Shown piece by piece: positions 28,740 through 37,245 of a DNA stretch of 64,000 bases (its first letter is position 1; each line of letters opens with the position of its first letter). A program made the position numbers and the translations under genes. The notes below the pieces were generated by a model. The model was not told the DNA's origin and searched no databases. It saw nothing but the letters and a program-made list of their open reading frames with translations. Origin of the DNA: Pseudomonadota bacterium (lineage in GTDB: Bacteria > Myxococcota_A > UBA796 > UBA9615); contig JAAESI010000275.1 in the NCBI GenBank assembly GCA_024229515.1, forward strand, positions 131,181-195,180. Direction: 5' to 3'.

Positions 28740-29531
28740 CTAGAAGACGATGGTCAGTGACGCGGACACCCCGCCGCCACCGTCGCGGGACACTACCGGC
28801 GCCACGCTGCCCGAGACCCGGGCATAGAGGCGGTGCGGCGTCTGCGTCTCCGCGGTGTACTCGAGGTGGCCGATCAGGCCGAACAGCGCCAGCGCGCCGC
28901 CCGCGGCCGCGAACGACAGCGTCGTGAACATGTCCGAGTAGCTGTAGACGCCGCCCGGGTCGCCGTTGACGCCCAGGTTGTCTCGCGCCGCCCACACCAC
29001 GCCCGAGAGCACGGCGATCGCACCGACGAAGGCCGACCCGATCAGGCCCGTGTCACGCCGCAGCTGGAACAGGTTCGTCCGCCACGCGCGCATCATACGC
29101 AGCCTCCCCAGCCGGGTCGTCGGCGCGTGGTCGAGGTAGTGGTGCAGGTAGTGGTTCGAGCCCATCATCGCGGGCACGCCGGTCACCAGGACCGCCAACC
29201 CCGCGGGAACGCCCGCTCCGGCGATGAACGGCGCCTGCGTGCCCCCCTCGCTCGAGAGCAGGTTGACCGCCCCGGACAGCAGCGTGATGCCCATGATGAC
29301 GCCGCCGGCGGCGATGAGGATACCGCCCTCGCGACGCACCGAAAGCGCGTACCGGACCGCCGTGTCCTCGCGGTCCATGTCCCGGACGGCGTCGCGGAAC
29401 TCCTTGCCCATCATCTTGTCGAGCGCTTCTTTCGGCGTCGGCTCGGGCGCGGGCGCGGGCTCTTCAGCGGCCGCGGGGAGCGCCAGGAGCGTGCAGAGGA
29501 TGAGGGCGAGGAGCGCAGTCGGTCGTTTCAT
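28740..29531 (-). CDS. secreted/membrane hypothetical protein (Gly-rich hydrophobic segments, ends ...SLTIVF)
   Basis: Signal peptide MKRPTALLALILCTLLALPAAA; C-terminal Phe; first gene of minus-strand hydrolase operon. Confidence 0.5.
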   Translation of the reverse strand: MKRPTALLALILCTLLALPAAAEEPAPAPEPTPKEALDKMMGKEFRDAVRDMDREDTAVRYALSVRREGGILIAAGGVIMGITLLSGAVNLLSSEGGTQAPFIAGAGVPAGLAVLVTGVPAMMGSNHYLHHYLDHAPTTRLGRLRMMRAWRTNLFQLRRDTGLIGSAFVGAIAVLSGVVWAARDNLGVNGDPGGVYSYSDMFTTLSFAAAGGALALFGLIGHLEYTAETQTPHRLYARVSGSVAPVVSRDGGGGVSASLTIVF

Positions 29532-29610
29532 GGCGCCGTGGTCATAGCACGCGGCTTGCTGAACGCGGGGGCCGCCCTTATGCTCCCGCGGCCCAATCAA
29601 CGGAGTGTCC

Positions 29611-29904
29611 ATGCTCAGGCATGCCCAGTACGAAATCGTGAACAGTGTCGCTGGTGTTACCCACACCTGTGATCGCGTGTTCCGTCGCGGATCCACCTTC
29701 AAGTGGCAGAGCTACCACGTGGATCCGGGCATCGGCGCCCCGTACGTCTGGATGCTCGCCCGCTGCCACGGCTGCCAGCGCCTCTTCATCCAGCCCCCGC
29801 GTTACCCCAACGAGGAGTTCCGCGAGACGCTGCGCGAGGCGATCAACAAGTCCATCGCGAACAAGTTCATCTCGTTCAAGTGGCCCGAAGAGGCCGAAGC
29901 GTAG
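29611..29904 (+). CDS. small hypothetical protein with H-x-C ... C-H-x-C (possible zinc ribbon)
   Basis: CGGAG RBS 5 nt before ATG; locally lower GC and atypical codon usage (AAG/TTC/ATC-rich). Confidence 0.35.
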   Translation: MLRHAQYEIVNSVAGVTHTCDRVFRRGSTFKWQSYHVDPGIGAPYVWMLARCHGCQRLFIQPPRYPNEEFRETLREAINKSIANKFISFKWPEEAEA

Positions 29905-29928
29905 AGACCTTTCCGGTCGGCACGGTCG

Positions 29929-30660
29929 TTGCCTACGATGACCTTCGTGCCCCGCGTGCTCGCCCTAGCGCTCCTGAGCGCCCTGCTGCTTCCCACCCCC
30001 GCCCTCGCCGGCAAGCCCGATGACGTCTCGGACGTCGTGGAGTTCGATCCGCAGCAGTGGCGAACGGTGGCGGAGGGCCTGCCTGCCTTCCAGGAGTACC
30101 GACAGCGCCGGCTCGTGCTCACGATCCGCAACGGCGAGTTCATCGGCCCCGGGCACCTGGGCTACCGGCGCAGCTCCTTCCGCGAGGACAACGCTTCGTT
30201 CTTCTACATCGTGGTCGAGGGGGACGCGGACTACCGCCTCACCTACTCCGACCTCATCCGGCTCAGCGGAGACCCCGTCGTCGTCAACCGGTACGAGCGC
30301 TTCATCGCCGCCGCCCGGAAGGACCAGACCTCCGGCGCGGCCCTGTTCGGCGTGGGCGTCGGCTTCGCCCTCGCGTCCGTGATCGTGAGCTCCATCGCGT
30401 TCGAGGAGTGGAACAACACGTGGTCGCCGGCGGTGCTGCCCCCGCTGTACGGCGGCACCATCACGTTCATGCTCGTGGGCGGCGGGCTGGCCGCCCAGGG
30501 CAAGCACACGCAGCAGCAGTTGGCCGAGGACTATCGGCTGGAGCGCATCCTCGATCGGGACGAAGCGTGGGCCGCGATCCAGCGCCACAACGCAGCCCTC
30601 CGACGGGAGCTCGGCCTCCCCGATGACGAGCGCATGGACGCCCCCACCGCTCAGCGCTGA
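29929..30660 (+). CDS. hypothetical membrane protein
   Basis: Signal peptide VLALALLSALLLPTPALA plus two TM segments; 243 aa. Confidence 0.5.
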   Translation: MPTMTFVPRVLALALLSALLLPTPALAGKPDDVSDVVEFDPQQWRTVAEGLPAFQEYRQRRLVLTIRNGEFIGPGHLGYRRSSFREDNASFFYIVVEGDADYRLTYSDLIRLSGDPVVVNRYERFIAAARKDQTSGAALFGVGVGFALASVIVSSIAFEEWNNTWSPAVLPPLYGGTITFMLVGGGLAAQGKHTQQQLAEDYRLERILDRDEAWAAIQRHNAALRRELGLPDDERMDAPTAQR

Positions 30661-31175
30661 AGCAGCTCCTCCATCGCGCCTTCCCAGGCCTCGATGGACT
30701 GCCACCCGGCCCACTCCCGGAACACCTTGCCGTCCCGGTCCAGGACGATGCCGTAGGGGATGACCTCGGGGTACGTGCCCCCCAGACCCGCAACCGCCGC
30801 GAGCAGCTTGGGCTGGGGCGCGGCGGGCACGATGTAGGGGGTGAAGGTCGCGCCGGTGAGGCCGAGCATGTCCTCCAGCGCACCGATGTCCGTGTCGACC
30901 GAGACGATGACGAACTTGATGTCGTCGCCTTCCCACTGCTTCACCGTGCGGTTGAGCCCGGGGAGCGACGACTGGCACGCGGGGCATCAGCTGGCCCACA
31001 GGTACAGGACGGTGATCTTGCCCGCGGCGGTGCCCGCTTCGACCTGCTGAACGACGTGGTTGAGCGCCACGGGCTGCACCGGGGCGGAGCGGTGCAGGGA
31101 GCCTCGCGGGATCAGCGTGATGAGGCCCAGGACGCCGACGAGGCCGCCCAGCACCAACACCAGCGCTTTGCGCAT
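30651..31175 (-). pseudogene. TlpA/ResA-like thiol:disulfide oxidoreductase (thioredoxin fold) interrupted by in-frame TGA
   Basis: Continuous frame MRKALVLVLGGLVGVLGLITL...GKITVLYLWAS[TGA]CPACQSSLPGLNRTVKQWEGDDIKFVIVSVD...; TGA at 30987-30989 replaces Trp of WCxxC; two track ORFs (30987..31250, 30651..30944) are the halves. Confidence 0.6.
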
Positions 31176-31182
31176 CAGCCGC

Positions 31183-34100
31183 CTACGGGTCGCAGTCGAG
31201 GAAGATCGTGTACTCGCCCTCGTTGGCGTTCGCCTCCGTCGCCGTTGCATCGACCACGAAGTAGTACGTGTAGCCGGAGACCACCTCGACGGTGCCGCTG
31301 TTGAAAATCAGGGCGCCTTCGACGCACTGGTTGTTCACGCACTCGCCGTTGGTGCCGTCCAACACGACGATGTCGTGGTTCAGGTCCGCGGGGCTGGCGT
31401 CCACGAAGCCGACCTCGATCGACCCGGTGACCGTGGAGACCCACTCGTAGGCGACTTCCGGCGCGTGGTAGTTGCCCACGTTGCAGGGGTAGCCGTCCAT
31501 CGAGTCGGTCTGGCCGGGGCTCGGGCTGTCGTCGGTCCAGCTGTTGTCTCCGTCGAGGAAGTCGCCGCAGCTGATCTGGATGGCGCCGTCGGTGTCGCAG
31601 TAGGCGGCGCAACCGGGCGCGCCATTGCAGTCGTCGTCGTCGCAGTCGATGAGCTCGTCGTTGTCGTCGTCGACGCCGTTGCCGCAGTCCTCGGCGTCCT
31701 CGACCGGCTCGCAGTCGACGGCGATCTCGAAGTCGCCCTCGTCGCCCTGGTAGCCGTCCACGACGATCCAGTAGTCACCGCCCGGCTCGGTCTCGAACTC
31801 GGCCGACAGAGCGCCGAACTCGATGCAGCTCTCGCTGCTGCAGGGGATGCCCTGGTCGTCCAGGATGAAGACGTCGAGGTCGATGCCGCTGGCGTAGCTC
31901 AAGTCCACGGACACGTTGTTGGCCTGGTCCAGCGGAGCCTGGAAGTAGTAGGCGAACTCCGGCCCGGACTCGACCCAGCTGGTGCAGCTGTAGCTGTCGA
32001 CCTGGTCGGTGCTGTTGGGGCCACCGTTGTTGTAGCTGTCGACGCTGCCGCAGAAGAGCGACCAGGCCTCGGCGCAGATCTCGGTGCAGACGACCTTGTC
32101 CTCGCAGGCGGGGTCGTCGCAGTCGGTCAGGCCGTTGCCGTCGTCGTCGACCTCGTTGCCGCAGACCTCAGCCGTGCTCGGGCACTCGACCTCGATGTCG
32201 AAGCTGCCCTGCGCGCCCTCGTAGCCGTCGATGACGAAGTAGTACTGCTCGCCTCCGACCGCGTCGAAGTTGATGCAGCTGTTGCCGAAGTCGGAGCAGT
32301 TGTTCCCGTTGCAGCCGCCGTTCTCGTCGATGAGGAACATGTCCAGATCGGAGCTCAGGTTGCTGATGCAGACCGTGATGGACTCGTCGACCTCCGGCCG
32401 GAACACGTACGTGTACTCGGGTCCGGTCTCTTCCCAACCGACGCAGCTGTACTGGTCGATGTTGTTGGTGCTGCCGCCGCCCCAGTTGGTCCAGGCGTCG
32501 GTGTCGCCGCAGGACAGCTCCCAGGCGTCCTCGCAGACGCCGCCGACGCCGATGACGTCGCAGTCCTCGTCGCCTTCGCAGTCCACGTCGTCGCAGTCCG
32601 CGGCGCCGTCGCCGTCGTCGTCCACGAAGTTGTCGCAGACCTCGCCGCAGATCGGGTCGTCGCCGGAGCACTCCTGATCGTCGCAGTCCACGTCGCCGTC
32701 GCCGTCGTCGTCGATGTTGTTGTTGCAGTCCTCGACGAGGCAGGCGGAGTCGCTGATGCAGTCCGCGTCGGCGCAGTCCACGTCGCCGTCCCAGTCGTTG
32801 TCGATGGCGTCGTCGCAGTCCTCGATGCCGCAGAAGGAGGCGCAGTCCTCGTCGTCGCAGTCGACGTCACCGTCGCCGTCGTCGTCGGTGTTGTTGGTGC
32901 AGTCCTCCGCGCACGAGGGCAAGGAGGCGCAGTCGGTGTCGTTGCAGTCCACGGCGCCATCGCTGTCGTTGTCGAGGTCGTCGTCGCAGATCTCCGAGGC
33001 CGAGGTGCAGGCGGGGGTGCCGGTGCACTCGCTGTCGGCGCAGTCGATCTGGCCGTCATCGTCGTTGTCGATGTCGTCGTTGCAGATCTCGTCGATGCAG
33101 TCGGTGAACAGGTAGCAGCCGGTGTCGTCGCAGTCGGTGTCGAGGTCGCCGTCGTTGTCGATGCCGTCGTCGCAGATCTCGTCGTCGCATGACGGCCAGC
33201 CGAGGCAGTCGTCGTCGTCGCAGTCCAGGTCGCCGTCCAGGTCGTTGTCGATGCCGTCCCAGCACAGCTCCTCCTGGCAGTCGATCGAGTCGACGCACTC
33301 GGCGTCGTCGCAATCGGCGGCGAGGTCGCCGTCGTCGTCGGTGCCGTTCCAGCAGATCTCCGCGATGCAGTTACTGTCCGCGGTGCAGGTCGGGTCGGCG
33401 CAGTCGATGAGGCCGTCGCCGTTGTCGTCGATGTCGTTGGAGCAGTCCTCCTGCGAGTCGGCGCAGACGGGGTTGCCGACGCACTCCAGGTCGGCGCAGT
33501 CGGTCTGGCCGTCGGCGTCGTCGTCGAGGCCGTTGGAGCAGTTCTCCGGCATGCAGGTGGGGGCCACCGAGCACTCCACGTCGGCGCAGTCGATCTGGGC
33601 GTCGCCGTCGTCGTCGACGCCGTTGCTGCAGTCCTCGGGCGTGCACGCGGGGGTTCCGTCGCACTCGTCGTCGGCGCAGTCGATGAAGCCGTCGCCGTCG
33701 TCGTCGATCGTGTTTGTGCAGCCCTCGGGGATGCAGTCGCTGTCGGAGCTGCAGTCCGTGTCGCCGCAGTCCACCGCACCGTCGCCGTCGTTGTCGCTGC
33801 CGTCGGCGCAGTCCTCGCTGAGGATCCAGCAGAAGATGTCGAACAGGCAGGCGATGTCGTCGCAGTCGATGTCGCCGTTGGCGTTGTCGTCGAGGTTGTT
33901 GGCGCAGTCCTCGCCGCCGCTGCCGCCGCAGTCGGTGGACTCGGCGCAGTTGGCGTCCTCGCAGTCGATGGCGCCGTCGCCGTCGTTGTCGATGCCGTCG
34001 TTGCAAATCTCCGGCTCGGGGGCGCCGCACGCGGGGGTGTCGATGCACTGCGGGTCGTTGCAGTCGATCAGGCCGTTGCCGTTGTCGTCGATGCTGTTGG

Positions 34101-36270
34101 TGCAGATCTCGAAGCCCTCACCGCCGCAGGCCGGGTCGGGGCCGCAGTCGCCGATGTCGGCGCAGTCGATGAGCGCGTCGCCGTCGTCGTCCACGCCGTT
34201 GGTGCAATCGGTCTCGCTGCCGCCGGGGCCGCCGGGGTTGCAGGCGGGGTGGCCCGTGCAGTCGCTGTCGAAGCAGTCGACGTCGCCGTCGCCGTCGTTG
34301 TCGATGTTGTCGATGCAGTCCTCACCCGAGCAGGCCGGGAGGATGCTGCACTCGGTGTCGGAGCAGTCGATGAGGCCGTCGTCGTCGTCGTCGATGCCGT
34401 TGTCGCAGATCTCGCCGACGCAGGCGGCGTCCACCGCGCAGTCGGAGTCGGCGCAGTCGACCTGGCCGTCACCGTCGTTGTCGACGCCGTCGGTGCAGAC
34501 CTCGGGCACGCAGCCGGGGGTGCCGGCGCAGTCGCTGTCGTCGCAGTCGGTGGCGCCGTCGCCGTCGTTGTCGATGCCGTCGGTGCAGTCCTCCGGCGCG
34601 CCGCCGAGGTTGCACTCGATGTCGAGGTCGAAGGAGCCGACGTTGTTGTTCCAGCCGTCGACGACGACGTAGTAGGTCGTGCCGCCGACCACGGTCATGG
34701 TCACCGACTCGGGGTTGGTGCCGCCGGAGGTGGAGCTGTCGAGGCAGCCGTCGGGGCTGCAGCCGCCCGCGTCCTGGAGGCCGAAGAGGTCCAGGTCGGC
34801 GTCGAGGCCGTTGAGCGTGAACGTCACCTCACCGGAGCCGGTGGGGGTGAAGCTCCAGGCCAGCTCGTTGCCGTTCTCGTTGGACGGGGTGCACGAGTAG
34901 GTGCTGATGACGTCCGCCGCGCCGGGGTCGGTGTCGGTGTTGCCCGAGATGGTCCCGGAGTCGCAGGTGATGGTGCCGACGGGGTTGCAGGTCTGCACGC
35001 AGAAGGCGCTGGTGGCGCACTCGCTGTCGTCGCAGTCGATGGCGCCGTCGCCGTCGTCGTCGGTGCCGTTGCCGCAGTTCTCGACGTTGCAGTTGGGGTG
35101 GCTGAAGCACTCGGGGTCGGCGCAGTCGACGGCCGCGTCGCCGTCGTCGTCGATCAGGTTGTCGCAGATCTCGACGTCGCAGCCGGGGAGCACGAAGCAC
35201 TCGTCGTCGTCACAGTCGATGAGGCCGTCGCCGTCGTCGTCCAGGCCGTTGAAGCAGTCGTCCTCGGGGATGCAGTCGCTGTCGCCGAAGCAGTCGCTGT
35301 CGTCGCAGTCGGTGAGGCCGTCACCGTCGTTGTCGATGCCGTCGCGGCACTCTTCGTTGTTGCAGGTCGGGTAGCCGAAGCACTCGGAGTCATCGCAGTC
35401 GACGAGGCCGTTGCCGTTGTCGTCGATGCCGTTCTCGCAGTCCTCGCCGTCGCAGGAGGGCTCGCCCCAGCACTCGGTGTCGTCACAGTCGACGTAGCCG
35501 TCGCCGTCGTCGTCGAGGTTGTTGTCGCACTCCTCGTCGAGGCAGTACGGGTCGAGGGAGCAGTCGAGGTCGTCGCAGTCGATGTCGCCGTCGCCGTCGT
35601 CGTCGATGCCGTTGAAGCAGTTCTCGCCGTCGCCGCCGCCAGAGGGGCAGAGGAGCTCGAGGCTGAAGTTGTCCTGGCCGCCGGCGTAGCCGTCGACGAC
35701 GACGAGGTAGTCCTCGCCCGCGGACGCGGTGAAGTGCACGGTGGAGGCGCCGTAGGCGATGCAGTCGGTGCCTTCGCAGGTGCCGTCGTCCTCGAGTACG
35801 AAGACGTCGAGGTTGCCGTGACCGGCGACCGTCAGGACCGCGGTGACCTCCTCCGTCGTGGTCGGGCTGAAGCTGAAGGTGTACTCGGGACCGGACTCGT
35901 CCCACGTCGTGCAGGAGTCGTACGTGTCGACCGCGTCGGTGTGGCCCGCGCCGCCGTTGTTGGAGCTGAGGATGTCGCCGCAGGAGATCGACTCAGCCGC
36001 GGTGCACTCGTGCGCGCAGTTCGGGTTGAGCTCGCAGTCCTCGTCACCGCAGTCGGTGAGGCCGTCGCCGTCGTCGTCGATCCCGTTGGAGCAGTCCTCG
36101 TTGTCGTAGGTCTGCGTCGGGTTGTCGTCGTCGTCGTCGGGCAGGTTCAGGGAATCATCGTCATCAAGAACGGTGTTGTCCGTGATGCCGCAGTTGCAAC
36201 CTGCCAGGAGCAGGGGCAGCAGCAGCAGCAGGAACATCTTGGTACAGCCAGAAATCGAGGCAGCGCGCAT
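31183..36270 (-). CDS. giant secreted lipoprotein: arrays of 28-aa 4-Cys Asp-rich repeats alternating with five beta-sandwich (PPC-like) domains
   Basis: RBS GGAG, MRAASISGCTKMFLLLLLPLLLAGC; about 50 repeats C-x-[ND]-G-x-D-[DN]-[DN]-G-[DN]-G-x-x-D-C-x-D-x-x-C-x(4,5)-C; about 1.7 kaa, >200 Cys. Confidence 0.8.
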   Translation of the reverse strand: MRAASISGCTKMFLLLLLPLLLAGCNCGITDNTVLDDDDSLNLPDDDDDNPTQTYDNEDCSNGIDDDGDGLTDCGDEDCELNPNCAHECTAAESISCGDILSSNNGGAGHTDAVDTYDSCTTWDESGPEYTFSFSPTTTEEVTAVLTVAGHGNLDVFVLEDDGTCEGTDCIAYGASTVHFTASAGEDYLVVVDGYAGGQDNFSLELLCPSGGGDGENCFNGIDDDGDGDIDCDDLDCSLDPYCLDEECDNNLDDDGDGYVDCDDTECWGEPSCDGEDCENGIDDNGNGLVDCDDSECFGYPTCNNEECRDGIDNDGDGLTDCDDSDCFGDSDCIPEDDCFNGLDDDGDGLIDCDDDECFVLPGCDVEICDNLIDDDGDAAVDCADPECFSHPNCNVENCGNGTDDDGDGAIDCDDSECATSAFCVQTCNPVGTITCDSGTISGNTDTDPGAADVISTYSCTPSNENGNELAWSFTPTGSGEVTFTLNGLDADLDLFGLQDAGGCSPDGCLDSSTSGGTNPESVTMTVVGGTTYYVVVDGWNNNVGSFDLDIECNLGGAPEDCTDGIDNDGDGATDCDDSDCAGTPGCVPEVCTDGVDNDGDGQVDCADSDCAVDAACVGEICDNGIDDDDDGLIDCSDTECSILPACSGEDCIDNIDNDGDGDVDCFDSDCTGHPACNPGGPGGSETDCTNGVDDDGDALIDCADIGDCGPDPACGGEGFEICTNSIDDNGNGLIDCNDPQCIDTPACGAPEPEICNDGIDNDGDGAIDCEDANCAESTDCGGSGGEDCANNLDDNANGDIDCDDIACLFDIFCWILSEDCADGSDNDGDGAVDCGDTDCSSDSDCIPEGCTNTIDDDGDGFIDCADDECDGTPACTPEDCSNGVDDDGDAQIDCADVECSVAPTCMPENCSNGLDDDADGQTDCADLECVGNPVCADSQEDCSNDIDDNGDGLIDCADPTCTADSNCIAEICWNGTDDDGDLAADCDDAECVDSIDCQEELCWDGIDNDLDGDLDCDDDDCLGWPSCDDEICDDGIDNDGDLDTDCDDTGCYLFTDCIDEICNDDIDNDDDGQIDCADSECTGTPACTSASEICDDDLDNDSDGAVDCNDTDCASLPSCAEDCTNNTDDDGDGDVDCDDEDCASFCGIEDCDDAIDNDWDGDVDCADADCISDSACLVEDCNNNIDDDGDGDVDCDDQECSGDDPICGEVCDNFVDDDGDGAADCDDVDCEGDEDCDVIGVGGVCEDAWELSCGDTDAWTNWGGGSTNNIDQYSCVGWEETGPEYTYVFRPEVDESITVCISNLSSDLDMFLIDENGGCNGNNCSDFGNSCINFDAVGGEQYYFVIDGYEGAQGSFDIEVECPSTAEVCGNEVDDDGNGLTDCDDPACEDKVVCTEICAEAWSLFCGSVDSYNNGGPNSTDQVDSYSCTSWVESGPEFAYYFQAPLDQANNVSVDLSYASGIDLDVFILDDQGIPCSSESCIEFGALSAEFETEPGGDYWIVVDGYQGDEGDFEIAVDCEPVEDAEDCGNGVDDDNDELIDCDDDDCNGAPGCAAYCDTDGAIQISCGDFLDGDNSWTDDSPSPGQTDSMDGYPCNVGNYHAPEVAYEWVSTVTGSIEVGFVDASPADLNHDIVVLDGTNGECVNNQCVEGALIFNSGTVEVVSGYTYYFVVDATATEANANEGEYTIFLDCDP
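31250..36150 (-). repeat. intragenic tandem repeats (84-nt unit, about 50 copies in blocks) encoding the 28-aa 4-Cys Asp-rich module
   Basis: Recurrent gtcgcagtc...gccgtcgccgtcgtcgtcgat...gcagtc pattern on + strand; protein-level periodicity. Confidence 0.8.
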
Positions 36271-36289
36271 GTTCATCTCCGAACCAGTT

Positions 36290-36411
36290 CCCTCAGAGAG
36301 AGGGACAACAGACCGTGTCAAGAACGTGTCAAGAGGTCAAGTGCAGCGGCGTTCCATCACAACGATTCCACAGGTCGGCCACATAAGTATGATGCCCGCG
36401 CGCGTCGCGGC
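36290..36411. promoter_or_regulatory. divergent promoter region (giant repeat-protein gene <-> ftsE) with three tandem TTGAC[AC] hexamers / GTCAAG direct repeats
   Basis: + strand GTGTCAAGAACGTGTCAAGAGGTCAAG (36315-36341) = minus-strand TTGACC-TTGACA-TTGACA; locally lower GC; TAAGTAT box before ftsE. Confidence 0.4.
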
Positions 36412-37245
36412 ATGATCGAGTTCAAGAACGTCACCAAGCGGTACGGCCGATTCGGAACGGCCCTCGAAGGCATCGATCTGACGATCGATACGGGACAGTT
36501 CGTGTTCGTCACGGGCTCTTCGGGTGCCGGCAAATCGACCCTCCTGAAGCTTCTGTACGCCGCTGAGCAGCCTACGACTGGCGACGTGCTCATCGAAGGG
36601 CGATCGGTCGCCCGTTTGCATCCGCGATCGGTCCCCTACCTCAGGCGAAACCTGGGGGTGGTGTTTCAGGACTTCAAGCTGCTGCCCCAGCGGACGGTGA
36701 TCGAGAACGTCGCCCTGCCGCTGGAGGTCACCGGCACGCCCCGGGCGGAGATCGCCGCGCGGGTGACGGAAGTCATCAAACAGGTCGGACTCAAGGGGCG
36801 CGGAGATCGTCGGCCCGGCGAGCTCTCCGGAGGCGAGCAGCAGCGTGTTGCGATCGCCCGCGCGGTGGTCGGCAAGCCGAGCATCGTCATCGCCGACGAG
36901 CCGACGGGGAACCTGGACGCGGCCCTGACCCACGAGATCTTCGAACTGCTGGTGAAGCTGCACGAGCAGGACGGCACGACGGTGTTGGTGGCGACGCACG
37001 ACACGGTCGAGCTGGATCACTGGAACTTCCGTCGGATCGCTCTGCGGGACGGCCGGCTGGAGCCCGGCGGGACAGATTCCCTGCCCCTGCCGCCGCCGGC
37101 CGGGGCCGAGGTCATGAAGGCGGCTGCCGGTCCGGAGCCTGAGCCCGAGGACGAACCCGAGGACGAGGACGAGGACGAGGACGAGCCCGACACCGATCCC
37201 GACGCCGACCCCGGGGACGACGAGCCCGACGAGGCAGCCTCGTGA
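36412..37245 (+). CDS. ftsE: cell-division ABC transporter ATPase FtsE with acidic EPEPEDE... C-terminal extension
   Basis: MIEFKNVTKRYG, Walker A GSSGAGKST, signature LSGGEQQRVAIARA, Walker B IVIADEPTGNLD; about 55-aa D/E/P tail. Confidence 0.9.
   Translation: MIEFKNVTKRYGRFGTALEGIDLTIDTGQFVFVTGSSGAGKSTLLKLLYAAEQPTTGDVLIEGRSVARLHPRSVPYLRRNLGVVFQDFKLLPQRTVIENVALPLEVTGTPRAEIAARVTEVIKQVGLKGRGDRRPGELSGGEQQRVAIARAVVGKPSIVIADEPTGNLDAALTHEIFELLVKLHEQDGTTVLVATHDTVELDHWNFRRIALRDGRLEPGGTDSLPLPPPAGAEVMKAAAGPEPEPEDEPEDEDEDEDEPDTDPDADPGDDEPDEAAS

Noticed and set aside
30987-30989. In-frame TGA as selenocysteine
   Set aside because: The position aligns with Trp, not Cys, of WCxxC. The downstream CCCGGGG mini-palindrome is not a convincing SECIS. 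A nonsense mutation or read error is more parsimonious (kept as a finding to verify).
31060-33192. 710-aa plus-strand ORF (and similar plus-strand ORFs 34249-36400, 32270-32677, 32714-33115, 33122-34672)
   Set aside because: Antisense to the giant repeat gene. Translations are low-complexity A/V/G/D (or S/Q/P) runs mirroring the repeat. These are GC-rich frame artefacts.
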